Virus record (IMG/VR): IMGVR_UViG_3300024346_000041
Coordinates: 1 to 64,000 of that record
DNA length: 64,000 bases
From: a virus
Direction: 5' to 3' (one strand)
This document shows, piece after piece, positions 26,340-35,372 of the stretch (its first letter is position 1; each line of letters begins with the position of its first letter). The notes under the pieces are model-generated. The model did not search any database, was not told the DNA's origin, and was given only the letters and a program-made list of their open reading frames with translations. A program made the position numbers and the translations under genes.

Positions 26340-26924
26340 ATGATAAAAGACCTAAGACTGAACTTGGACATGGATCAACTCACCGAACTTTTAAACAGTA
26401 TTGGTGATAAGGTTAACTTAAACATAGTACTTAGCCCTAGTAACAAAGCTAGGTTTAAATTAGGTAAGGTGGTTAGTCCAAATGAATTTAGAGATGACTT
26501 TAGCGATAACTTTGAAGAGCTAAACTTGCTAGATGTACAACGCGACGGGTGTAGTTTGAGCCTTCCAGCTGTTAAAGAGCCTAAGCTTAACAAACCTAAA
26601 AAGCGTAGGTTTGGAAAACACACTCGTATTACTAGGAAGCATTTAGAACTAAGGGACTCAATGAATATTGCGCATTATAGTGGAAGGCTTTCAGCTCCTA
26701 GCATGAGAGCTATATTAATTAAAGACTGCGATTTGTTTGATAAAAAGACAAAGAACTTTCTTACTGGGCTAGGTTACATAACTCTTGCTGACGTCACAAA
26801 GTCTACTGAGGCTTTGATTCTAGGGGCCTGCAGTAGTCTCAAATTCAGCGATTACGTCACTAAGACGGGTCTTGGCAGGGTTATTGAATGTTTAGAGAAA
26901 ATAGGTGTGTTTTTGAGAAAGTAG
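26340..26924 (+). CDS. Protein with C-terminal RNAP alpha-CTD-like domain
   Basis: IKDCDLFDKKTKNFLTGLGYITLADVTKSTEALIL...GLGRVIECLEKIGVFL follows the alpha-CTD pattern. Confidence 0.55.
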   Translation: MIKDLRLNLDMDQLTELLNSIGDKVNLNIVLSPSNKARFKLGKVVSPNEFRDDFSDNFEELNLLDVQRDGCSLSLPAVKEPKLNKPKKRRFGKHTRITRKHLELRDSMNIAHYSGRLSAPSMRAILIKDCDLFDKKTKNFLTGLGYITLADVTKSTEALILGACSSLKFSDYVTKTGLGRVIECLEKIGVFLRK

Positions 26925-26950
26925 TAGTTTTACTTTTAAAGGAGAAAGCC

Positions 26951-27271
26951 ATGGATGGACTAGCTACCTGTATTGCAACCGGATTAGTTGGATTTTCTAA
27001 TGATAAGGATCCGGTTGACTTTGTTAAGGACCATATTTTACGTAAAACTATACTTACAAATATTGACTTAGTGTTCAAAGATACAGCTAATGAAATAGTT
27101 TTATCAGCAACCGCTGATAACGGTAAGTTCTTTAGTTGTTGCATACAAACTCCTAAAGCTCCTGAACAGGAAGAGCTTCTCACAGGCTACATGTCTGAAT
27201 TAAGAAAGCAGTTCTGGGAAGCTATGCAAGAATGTGAGAACTTCGTAGCTGGTGAGAGCTTGCAGTGGTAA
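26951..27271 (+). CDS. Hypothetical protein
   Basis: AAGGAG before ATG 26951. Confidence 0.65.
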   Translation: MDGLATCIATGLVGFSNDKDPVDFVKDHILRKTILTNIDLVFKDTANEIVLSATADNGKFFSCCIQTPKAPEQEELLTGYMSELRKQFWEAMQECENFVAGESLQW

Positions 27272-27309
27272 AATTTAGGCTGACAAACTCTTACTTGGAG
27301 GTAAGTAGA

Positions 27310-27579
27310 ATGGCTATTGATCTAAATAAAGAAGACGAGCAGTTGGAGACGTCTCCAAAGCTTAGGAAAGAAGGTAAGGTTCAAATAGACAAGGTTATTA
27401 TTAATAACCTTTCTAAACTTGTTACCTACCCTGCTGGGTATATAAAGTCTGAAGCTATAAACGTTTATAGCGACAGGTGGCGGGTTAACATATGGACACT
27501 TGGCGATAACAACGCCAGAGTTGAAGGTTCTTGGTTTGTAGTAGCTGATCCTAAGGGCGCTGTAGTTTCTTTTAACTAG
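27310..27579 (+). CDS. Hypothetical protein
   Basis: GGAGG before ATG 27310. Confidence 0.65.
   Translation: MAIDLNKEDEQLETSPKLRKEGKVQIDKVIINNLSKLVTYPAGYIKSEAINVYSDRWRVNIWTLGDNNARVEGSWFVVADPKGAVVSFN
27343..27358. repeat. Dispersed palindrome copy 4: TTGGAGACGTCTCCAA (16 bp)
   Basis: Perfect palindrome inside a CDS (QLETSPK). Confidence 0.95.
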
Positions 27580-27586
27580 CGCTTTT

Positions 27587-27639
27587 AGTAAACGGTTTAC
27601 TGTCGTTTACTGCAGAGCTTGTTTAGTACGAGCTCTGCA
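27587..27639. terminator. Tandem intergenic hairpins upstream of the sigma factor gene
   Basis: AGTAAACG...CGTTTACT and TGCAGAGCTTGT-TTAGT-ACGAGCTCTGCA. Confidence 0.45.
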
Positions 27640-27676
27640 TATGTATTTAATTTAACTACATTTCTAGGATTAATTT

Positions 27677-28399
27677 ATGGCGGTTAGGCGCTCATCTGGT
27701 CTACGCAAAAAAACTAGCAAACATAACGATTTTGACTACTTTTGGAACAGACACCAAGGAACCGTTGCTTTGTTAGCGGCTACTTTAGTTAAAGATTGCG
27801 GTGGTCATGCAGCAGACTATATGGGCTCTATAGCCCTAACATTTAATACTTTTCTTATAGCTTCAAGAAAAAAAATAAAAAGATATAGTGATCTTAGCTT
27901 TAAGCATTCAGCATTTGCTTTTTGTATTTATTATGTAAAAGCTCATTTTGTAAGATACGACTCTGACCTTATGGCTTCTGAGTGGGTAAACTTTAAAAAT
28001 GGGTTAGGAAGCCGTAGTTTAAACTTGTCTAGTTTTAAAGAAAGTAAAGGAAAAAAAGTTAAAGTAACTACGCCTTCTGACTCTGTTATTAAAAATATAC
28101 GATGCAGAGAGGCTGAACTTAATTGGGCTTTAGGGTTTATTGAAGAAGCTGGCGGAATAGTTCCTATGTGGGAGCTAGTATCATCTAGGTTAACTGCTAG
28201 ATACAAACTGATAGTTAAATACAGATACATTCTTGAGATGACTTTTCAAGATATAGGAGACATCGTAGGCATATGCAGAGAACGCGTTCGTCAAGTAATT
28301 ATGAAGGCTTTAATTATTATTCGTAATACTTTAAGAAGTATTAATAATAAAGAATACCTTCATTTATTTCGAAAAGACAACGTAGGTTTTGAGTACTAA
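27677..28399 (+). CDS. Sigma-70 family RNA polymerase sigma factor-like protein
   Basis: Region 4 HTH: LTARYKLIVKYRY..EMTFQDIGDIVGICRERVRQVIMKAL. Confidence 0.75.
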   Translation: MAVRRSSGLRKKTSKHNDFDYFWNRHQGTVALLAATLVKDCGGHAADYMGSIALTFNTFLIASRKKIKRYSDLSFKHSAFAFCIYYVKAHFVRYDSDLMASEWVNFKNGLGSRSLNLSSFKESKGKKVKVTTPSDSVIKNIRCREAELNWALGFIEEAGGIVPMWELVSSRLTARYKLIVKYRYILEMTFQDIGDIVGICRERVRQVIMKALIIIRNTLRSINNKEYLHLFRKDNVGFEY

Positions 28400-28420
28400 C
28401 AAATCTTATTGAGGTTTATT

Positions 28421-28927
28421 ATGAGTGATTCAATTAGCATGCTTTTTGAAAAGATTCCTATGATCAAGAAGATGATAAAGGCAGTAATGGAAGCTAATGG
28501 CGAGCATCCTCCAGTATTTTTTACATCAGACGGTAAGAAGAAGATTGAAGCTAAGCCTGTGTTTTTTGCTAACGACCGTGATAAGGACGAAGTAATGGCT
28601 TCAATGAAAGTTAAAATACAAGACGGTTCTGTAAAAGAATATGTGTTTGTTGCTGAGAGCTGGTGCGTAGAGACTGATAAAGAAGAGACTTATAAAGATT
28701 ACGGATCTATATCTAAGCATCCATTAAAGAAAGAGATAATGCTTATGCAGTACTCTTCTCATAAAGAGGAGGTGCTGTACAAAGCGGCCATTATTAGGTC
28801 CAAAGGTGATAAGGTCTCACTAGGAGAATGGGAGACTTTTAGTACTAAATCTATTGATAAATTTGCCTCAAACAACACAGGCAGGTTTAACGATATGTTT
28901 GGAAAAGCCATGTCTGAGTTTAATTAA
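28421..28927 (+). CDS. Hypothetical protein
   Basis: GAGG before ATG 28421. Confidence 0.7.
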   Translation: MSDSISMLFEKIPMIKKMIKAVMEANGEHPPVFFTSDGKKKIEAKPVFFANDRDKDEVMASMKVKIQDGSVKEYVFVAESWCVETDKEETYKDYGSISKHPLKKEIMLMQYSSHKEEVLYKAAIIRSKGDKVSLGEWETFSTKSIDKFASNNTGRFNDMFGKAMSEFN

Positions 28928-28943
28928 AAAGAGAAGGCAGACA

Positions 28944-29741
28944 ATGGCAGCTAGCCTCATATCTAGGTTTTATAAAAGCTGTTTTTACTTAGAGTTATTT
29001 GCAACTGCAGCGCAGCACGGCATCAAAAGCCGTGCTGGCGTTATGTCAAAATTGCTGTACTTGAGAAGTAAAAAAACTAAAGCTTTTTTTAAGGTTTTTG
29101 AAAGACTACAAGATCTTAAGAAGCGTTATCCGTTTCTATGCCTTTCTTTGAGAAAGTGTACACTTCCTTCTTACCTTAGGTTTTCTAAAGACAAAGATAA
29201 GAAGACAGCTTACAGATGCAGTAAGATAAGGTATTGCCCATACTGCTGGAACAGGTCTATATGCAGGGCTTACAGGCGTATGACTAATAACCTATCTAAG
29301 GGCAGCGATAAGTATAAAGACTATGGCTTTTTTTACAGTGAAAAAGTTTCTTACATACCTGTAGGATCTAGCAGCAAGGTTATATCTGACAAAGGTTTAA
29401 GTATGTTTTCTCCAAGATGGAAAATGCGCGCTGCTACTCTTGCCGCTCACAAGGTCGCTGGAATAGCCGAAATGCTTATAGTTCACTCTCACTTATTAAA
29501 CGGAGATAGGGTTTACAAGCTTACGCTTAAGCAGGTAGCTTACTGCCACAAAGATTCTAAAACAGCTAAGTCGTCTTTGCATGCGTCTAAAAGATTTGGA
29601 AAAGCTGCTATTAATTTTTGTTGCTTTCCTGTATCGATGCTTTACGATGGCCCGCTAAGGTCTCTTAAGATAGATGAGTCTTTTAGGCGTAGAAGGTTGA
29701 TAAGGCAGTACGGATTGTTTTATTCAGCTGATGAACAATAG
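28944..29741 (+). CDS. Basic hypothetical protein with C-x5-CPYC motif
   Basis: ORF 28854..29741; RCSKIRYCPYCW. Confidence 0.6.
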   Translation: MAASLISRFYKSCFYLELFATAAQHGIKSRAGVMSKLLYLRSKKTKAFFKVFERLQDLKKRYPFLCLSLRKCTLPSYLRFSKDKDKKTAYRCSKIRYCPYCWNRSICRAYRRMTNNLSKGSDKYKDYGFFYSEKVSYIPVGSSSKVISDKGLSMFSPRWKMRAATLAAHKVAGIAEMLIVHSHLLNGDRVYKLTLKQVAYCHKDSKTAKSSLHASKRFGKAAINFCCFPVSMLYDGPLRSLKIDESFRRRRLIRQYGLFYSADEQ

Positions 29742-29788
29742 TCTATTTTTATAACCATACGTTGGTATTAAGAAAGGAATCTTACTCC

Positions 29789-30250
29789 ATGCATAAAGAC
29801 ACTAAGTTTAAAACCTATGTAGTGTATGTACCTCCTGTGTTTGACAAACTTCCTGATGTCTTGCCAAAATACCCTATGCCTGGAGAGAGTTACAACTATA
29901 GCCAGATGTCTGATGTGATTTCTATATTTGATAAAAGGTGGAAGTCTGCAGGCTCAATACCTGATAGAGAGCCGTTTGCAGTAGCTTCCACCAAGGAAGG
30001 AGTAGAGATTCCTGGGTCAGACCGGATTACTAGAGATATTATATACTCGGCCATAACCAGTGACGCTTACATTGAAGCTGTATCTGAGCGTGAGTCTTCT
30101 AATAAGTTTATTAATGAGTTACTTAGCCTTGACTGTTCTTTGGATGATCAGGATGATCTTGATGAGGTACCTACAACAACGGCTAAGCCACATGGAGGTG
30201 GCGACAAGTGTCAAAAAGAGAAGAAGAAAAGGGAAAACCCAAAAAGGTAG
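29789..30250 (+). CDS. Hypothetical protein
   Basis: AAAGGA before ATG 29789. Confidence 0.65.
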   Translation: MHKDTKFKTYVVYVPPVFDKLPDVLPKYPMPGESYNYSQMSDVISIFDKRWKSAGSIPDREPFAVASTKEGVEIPGSDRITRDIIYSAITSDAYIEAVSERESSNKFINELLSLDCSLDDQDDLDEVPTTTAKPHGGGDKCQKEKKKRENPKR

Positions 30251-30459
30251 TTAAAAAGCCTGCAAAGAAAGCTGACAACAGATACAACAAGCGAGCTAAC
30301 TGTGGCTATAAAAATTGCCTCAGATGCGGCAAGCAGTTTATGTCTAGTGATGTATGCAGGAACAGGATATGCGTTCCGTGCACTAGGCTTAATTGCAAGG
30401 AGTGGTCTCCTGGCGTGTACCGGTCTGGGCTATCCGTTGATTCAGAAGATAACTCTTAA
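30208..30459 (+). CDS. Small zinc-finger protein
   Basis: GGAGG before GTG; CLRCGKQF...NRICVPC. Confidence 0.7.
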   Translation: MSKREEEKGKPKKVVKKPAKKADNRYNKRANCGYKNCLRCGKQFMSSDVCRNRICVPCTRLNCKEWSPGVYRSGLSVDSEDNS

Positions 30460-31104
30460 CTATTTGTTGTTTCTTAATGAAACGTCAACTATGCTAGTAG
30501 CCCTTGAAATATAGATTTCGTCAGTAATCTCGCAAAACTCAGCTATTTTTTTAACTGTGGTTTTTGTGTTGTCAATGAGGTCGTTGTATGGAACCACTAA
30601 CGTTTCTATTCCAACTTCAGCTGCCCAAGCTAGTGTGTCAAGTCTTGCAGCTTCATATCTTCCTATAATTTCAGTAGCTCTTCTGTAATCTACTTTTATA
30701 ACTTTGCTCATACTTTTTGCAGACAAGTTTATAGGTCTTGATGTGCTAATTATTTTTAACTTACAGTTCATAAGGTATTCTTTAAAGTCTTGAACAAGGA
30801 ACACCATTCTAGGGTCTTTTAATCCCCACTTAGGCTTTACACATCTTTTTCTTATCAAGCTAGCATAAGCAGGGTTTGGAGCAGACGGTGTGCCTGGTTC
30901 AAGCCCGTCCATTAGGTAAGGTATATTTCCGTACATATTAGCGTGGTGATCTAAGAACTCCATGTCTTCGTAGAACCCTTTTGGGTTTTGCTCCATAGGA
31001 GGCAAAAGCCTATCTCCCATACTTATTCCTAAAGTATGTACTACTCCGGATAATGCGCTTGACCCAGACCTTGGAGTGCTTATTATAGCGTAGCATGTGT
31101 TCAT
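30460..31104 (-). CDS. Sulfotransferase family protein
   Basis: IISTPRSGSS, NPKGFYED, WGLKDPR, RP...SAKS, VPYNDLI. Confidence 0.8.
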   Translation of the reverse strand: MNTCYAIISTPRSGSSALSGVVHTLGISMGDRLLPPMEQNPKGFYEDMEFLDHHANMYGNIPYLMDGLEPGTPSAPNPAYASLIRKRCVKPKWGLKDPRMVFLVQDFKEYLMNCKLKIISTSRPINLSAKSMSKVIKVDYRRATEIIGRYEAARLDTLAWAAEVGIETLVVPYNDLIDNTKTTVKKIAEFCEITDEIYISRATSIVDVSLRNNK

Positions 31105-31127
31105 GTTTTTCTTTCTAAGGATTTACA

Positions 31128-31943
31128 ATGTCAAAGTCAAAGAAACAACTAGCCGCCTTTACTATAGTCCAAAACGAAGACTTTTTTTTAGATATATGGG
31201 TTAACTACTATTCTAAGACCATTCCTAAAGAAGATTTATACATACTTAATCATAACTCTGCAACAAAATCTTCATTAGAGTCTTTAGACAGACATAGGAA
31301 GGCTGGAGTTAATATTGTACCGGTGCACAGGTTTTTTAGTTTTGATCATGGATGGTTAAGAGACACAGTTCAATCTTTTCAATCGTTTTTGCTTCAAAGC
31401 TATGATGTAGTAGCGTTTGCAGAGTCTGACGAGCTACTAATACCTAACCCAGAGCTACATTCTTACGGTCTTAATGAGTACGTGTCTAAGAGGTTTGCTG
31501 AGCCAGGATTGTCACTTTTAAGATGCGTAGGTTTGGCATTAGACCACGACCCATCCAAAGAGCTTTCTATAGATTTGTCAAAACCTATTTTTGATCAAAG
31601 AGGTTTCTGGCGTTACGACACTATTTATAACAAGACTCTTATATCTAAAGTTTCTTGTAAGTGGGATGTTGGTTTTCATATTTTAAATGTACCTTCTACG
31701 CCAAAAGTAAGCGATGATCTTTTTCTCGTGCACCTTCATAAACTTGATTACGACATGTGTAAGAGTAAACACCGTGAACAAGTAAGCAGAACTTGGAATC
31801 CGGTTGACTTAGCTGAAGGCCTTGGTTTTCATAATAGGTTTTTTGATGGTGTTGAATTTGATAAATGGTTCTTTAAAGGTAATCAAGGACCTATTGATTC
31901 AAGTTTAAGACCTATTCCATTATTTATGCGCGGTGTAATATAG
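31128..31943 (+). CDS. Glycosyltransferase family 2-like protein
   Basis: FTIVQNEDFFLDIWVNYY, YILNHNS, FAESDELL, W..GFH, LVHLH. Confidence 0.75.
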   Translation: MSKSKKQLAAFTIVQNEDFFLDIWVNYYSKTIPKEDLYILNHNSATKSSLESLDRHRKAGVNIVPVHRFFSFDHGWLRDTVQSFQSFLLQSYDVVAFAESDELLIPNPELHSYGLNEYVSKRFAEPGLSLLRCVGLALDHDPSKELSIDLSKPIFDQRGFWRYDTIYNKTLISKVSCKWDVGFHILNVPSTPKVSDDLFLVHLHKLDYDMCKSKHREQVSRTWNPVDLAEGLGFHNRFFDGVEFDKWFFKGNQGPIDSSLRPIPLFMRGVI

Positions 31944-31953
31944 AAAGGTAGAC

Positions 31954-33156
31954 ATGACTGACAGTCTTAAACCGTTTTATCTTCAAAACTTATCAAAAGT
32001 TCCTTTAGTATATTCTTCCTTAGTAGTACCAACTATAAGGCTGAATGAGATAAGTGATTTTCTTTTAGCGTGGGAATCCTTAGACTGCTTTCCTAACGAC
32101 GTTCACATAGTATATGATGGTCACTCATCAGGTTTTAAAGACTTTAGTGAGCTGTTAGACCTTATTGACATTAAGAAGTATCGTTTGCATTTTCACAGTT
32201 GGGACTCAACTTACATAGGAAGCTCAGGCTACAATTTAATAGACAATGTTCCTATTCCTATAGACATGCTCGAATATGCAGGGTTTTCTTGTTTTAGTAA
32301 AAAAGATTCAGCAATACGAAGTTACGGGTTTCTTCAAGCTTGTGCTTTAAGCGCTAATAGAAAAAATAACGAATATAGAGAGCACGTTGTATTTACATTA
32401 GATGATGACTGTCGACCTTCAAAAGGTGAACGAGGCGGAGATTTCTTTAAAGCTCATTTATCAAACTTATTTGATTTTAACGTCTGGTCTTCTACAGTGC
32501 CTGGAGTGCGCGTAAGGGGTGTGCCTTACTTTACTAATACAACTCATTTACATAAACCTTTTGTTTCAATGAGTGTAGGTACGTGGGAGGGAATGCCTGA
32601 TTTTGATTCTATACAGAGAATAAGTAACCCAGCCCTTGAGAAAGCAGTACTTCCTTTACTTCACGGTCCTGTGTTAGCTCATCCTTCTGTGGTTTATCCT
32701 ATATGTGGAATGAACTTAGCGTTTATAGACTCGATGTTACCTTATGCTTTATTTCCTCCTATGGGTATGTTGTCTAACTACAAACGATTTGATGATATAT
32801 GGTTTGGTCTGTTTGCTCAGGCTGCTCTAAAGCTTAGCGGTGACGCATGGTGTTATGGTTACCCTAACTTAGACCATCTTAGGCTTAGTGACAGAATGAA
32901 TTGCTTAGTGGCAGAGGCTTCAGGTATAAGACTTAACGAAGAAGTGTGGAGAGGTATAGAGTGGGTGCTTAGCAACTATGGCAGCCCTCCTGAAGATGCA
33001 AAGACAGATGCTGGTGTTATGTCTAATTATATAGCTGAAGCAATGATGACACTAACACCAGACAAAAGCGGCTGCTCACAGGAGTGCTGCGACTACTTCA
33101 AGCTTTGGGCTAAAGCTGTTATTGATTGGAACAGGCTTATTATGAAGTATGTTTAA
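31954..33156 (+). CDS. Reversibly glycosylated polypeptide (RGP/GT75, UDP-arabinopyranose mutase-like)
   Basis: [29 protein letters not shown]...[21 protein letters not shown]. Confidence 0.8.
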   Translation: MTDSLKPFYLQNLSKVPLVYSSLVVPTIRLNEISDFLLAWESLDCFPNDVHIVYDGHSSGFKDFSELLDLIDIKKYRLHFHSWDSTYIGSSGYNLIDNVPIPIDMLEYAGFSCFSKKDSAIRSYGFLQACALSANRKNNEYREHVVFTLDDDCRPSKGERGGDFFKAHLSNLFDFNVWSSTVPGVRVRGVPYFTNTTHLHKPFVSMSVGTWEGMPDFDSIQRISNPALEKAVLPLLHGPVLAHPSVVYPICGMNLAFIDSMLPYALFPPMGMLSNYKRFDDIWFGLFAQAALKLSGDAWCYGYPNLDHLRLSDRMNCLVAEASGIRLNEEVWRGIEWVLSNYGSPPEDAKTDAGVMSNYIAEAMMTLTPDKSGCSQECCDYFKLWAKAVIDWNRLIMKYV

Positions 33157-33325
33157 GGTTAAACTTGCCAACAGTTTTTGTTTTGTCTTCTAATCTACTA
33201 ACTACTACATGAGCTGGAGCTTCTATTCCTATTTTTACCTGGTTACCACTTATACGAATTATTTTTATTACGATATCGTTTGATATCATTATAGACTCTT
33301 CTACTTTTCTTGATAGTACTAACAT
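33140..33325 (-). CDS. csrA: Carbon storage regulator
   Basis: [34 protein letters not shown]; AGGAG RBS. Confidence 0.93.
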   Translation of the reverse strand: MLVLSRKVEESIMISNDIVIKIIRISGNQVKIGIEAPAHVVVSRLEDKTKTVGKFNLKHTS

Positions 33326-33402
33326 TTTAGTTCTCCTAACGTGGTTTTAATTACCGCCCAGTTTATTGTATCTTTTCAAACCCAATTGACAGTGGAGTAT
33401 TT

Positions 33403-34539
33403 ATGAAAAATCTTATTAATAATGTTTCTTTGAATTCAAAGCCTTTGGCAGTAGTTACATCTGATTGGCACGTTGCACTTAACGCTTGGAAGAAGTTTCC
33501 AAGTATAAAAGGCGATGCTGAATACTCTCTTACCCAAATAGTTGATATGGCTATAGGTCTTAACGTACCGTTGATAGCGGCTGGTGATTTGTTTGACATA
33601 AAGAATCCTGACTCTTACAGCATTCACGTTGTTTCAAATCAGATGGCAAGAATGTATGAAAAAGGATTACCAGTATACTATGTGCAAGGGCAGCACGAGA
33701 TGTCAGATCCTACTTGGCTTAGTTTGTTTAAAGGTTGTGAGAATGTTCATAACAAGCACTTTAAAATAAAAGGAGTAGACTTCTTTGGTTACGACTATTT
33801 CCTTCCTAAGTCTGTTGAAGACTCTTACAACAGATTTAAGCCTGCCGACGTTTTAGTTACTCATCAAGTTTGGAGCGAGCTTCTCCCTCATACAGGACAA
33901 GAGTTTTGTTGCTCTTACTCGTTAGTAGAGCACAACCTTAAGTACAAGGCCCTCATAAGTGGAGACTTTCACTCACACTTTGTGTCAGATGTTAACGACA
34001 TGAAGTTTGTATCCCCAGGCAGCATATGCCTTCAAGACTTAAAAGAATCTTGCAACAAAGCAGCTTGGATTATGACTGAAGACCTTGGGTTTGTATCAGC
34101 ACCTTATAAGACAAGGCGACTAATTCAGTCAGTAATAAACTCAGAAAGCGACCTTCACACTATGGTAAAGGTTGCTGAAAAAGTTGAGTCTGACGACATG
34201 CCTAACGACATAGGACGGCCTATATTTAGGCTACGTTACTCTACTAAGTTAGATAACGTTAACGCAGCTATAACTTCAGCTTTTAAGGACAAGGCTCACG
34301 TGGACCTTGTGCCTATAATTGAAGAAATAGTTGACTTGCCATCAGTAGCTTCTGACTTGGACAAGCTAGTAGGATCTTTCGATATAAACTCGTCATTTCA
34401 TGAGTCTTTAAAAGACTTTTGCGATGTTACCGAAAGAAGCTACAGCGACCTTATAAAGCTATGGTCTAGTAGGTCTGTGGAGGACTTAAGGGGAGAGTTA
34501 GATAACATGCTTAGTGACATAAAAAGTGGTGGAACTTGA
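33403..34539 (+). CDS. sbcD: SbcD/Mre11-like metallophosphoesterase nuclease
   Basis: TSDWH, AGDLFD, GQHE, VTHQ, GDFH, SPGS. Confidence 0.85.
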   Translation: MKNLINNVSLNSKPLAVVTSDWHVALNAWKKFPSIKGDAEYSLTQIVDMAIGLNVPLIAAGDLFDIKNPDSYSIHVVSNQMARMYEKGLPVYYVQGQHEMSDPTWLSLFKGCENVHNKHFKIKGVDFFGYDYFLPKSVEDSYNRFKPADVLVTHQVWSELLPHTGQEFCCSYSLVEHNLKYKALISGDFHSHFVSDVNDMKFVSPGSICLQDLKESCNKAAWIMTEDLGFVSAPYKTRRLIQSVINSESDLHTMVKVAEKVESDDMPNDIGRPIFRLRYSTKLDNVNAAITSAFKDKAHVDLVPIIEEIVDLPSVASDLDKLVGSFDINSSFHESLKDFCDVTERSYSDLIKLWSSRSVEDLRGELDNMLSDIKSGGT

Positions 34540-34610
34540 AAGGTTTATAGGAGATAATGGTAGCTGGCTGCACTCAGTTACCATGTGTCTTCACATAGTG
34601 AGGTAATAAC

Positions 34611-35240
34611 ATGTCTCAAATTTTTAAGTTAGACTTAGATCAAGTTAGATCTGATTTACAGACTGCAAAAGACGAGCTCAAAAAGTCAGTAAGGGCGCTA
34701 GAGGATAAACGATTAGCGCTTAAAGCTAATACTGGTTGGGACAACACTATTTCTCAAGATCTAGGAACTGCAAGAGCAGCAGTTAATTCGGCAGGTGATT
34801 ATTACAATCAATTAGTTAAGCAGTATAAAGACGTTCCAGACTTGAAGCTGCCTTTACCTCCCACTGTTACTACTGCTAACTCTTTTGGAATTTACGGAAA
34901 CTTTAATACATGGGCAATTCCTCCTGAAATTTGTACAGGGTTTCCACCGCCATCTAATACAGCTGAGCCTATTCCTGATCCACCACCAACTAAGCCTGTG
35001 GTAGAGTCTCCATTAGCACCTAGTAACCCAAAGCCTAAGGGTAAGCCTAAGGGTAAGCCTAAGGTACTTCCTCCTAAGACTAAAGGTATTAATAAAGCTA
35101 AACCTAAAAAGCCAGTTTCAGTAAAGAAGCCTGCTACAATTAAAGGAAGCAGGCCAGCTACAAGCATTCCAAAGCCTGCTCCTCCGTTTCCTGTACAGGC
35201 ACCACCAAAGTCTAGCGCCCCTGCAGCACCTAAGGGCTAG
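34611..35240 (+). CDS. Coiled-coil + Pro/Lys-rich protein between sbcD and sbcC
   Basis: GAGG RBS; KPKG tandem repeats at 35031-35066. Confidence 0.7.
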   Translation: MSQIFKLDLDQVRSDLQTAKDELKKSVRALEDKRLALKANTGWDNTISQDLGTARAAVNSAGDYYNQLVKQYKDVPDLKLPLPPTVTTANSFGIYGNFNTWAIPPEICTGFPPPSNTAEPIPDPPPTKPVVESPLAPSNPKPKGKPKGKPKVLPPKTKGINKAKPKKPVSVKKPATIKGSRPATSIPKPAPPFPVQAPPKSSAPAAPKG

Positions 35241-35294
35241 TATTTTATAATGTAGTACTTAATAAATAATACGTTGTTTTTATTATTAAAATTA

Positions 35295-35336
35295 AAGATA
35301 AGCCTACCTCTTCTTTGGGGTGGGCTTATTTTGTTT
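35295..35336 (+). terminator. Rho-independent terminator
   Basis: AAGATAAGCCTACCTC-TTCTTT-GGGGTGGGCTTATTTT-GTTT. Confidence 0.7.
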
Positions 35337-35372
35337 AGTATGTATCATTTACCCTATTAGATTGGAGATATT

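Noticed and set aside
28854-29741. Rolling-circle Rep or IS91-like protein suggested by C-x5-CPYC
   Set aside because: No convincing HUH motif in context or catalytic Tyr motif.
35031-35066. AAGCCTAAGGGT tandem repeat
   Set aside because: Explained by the KPKG low-complexity peptide repeat.
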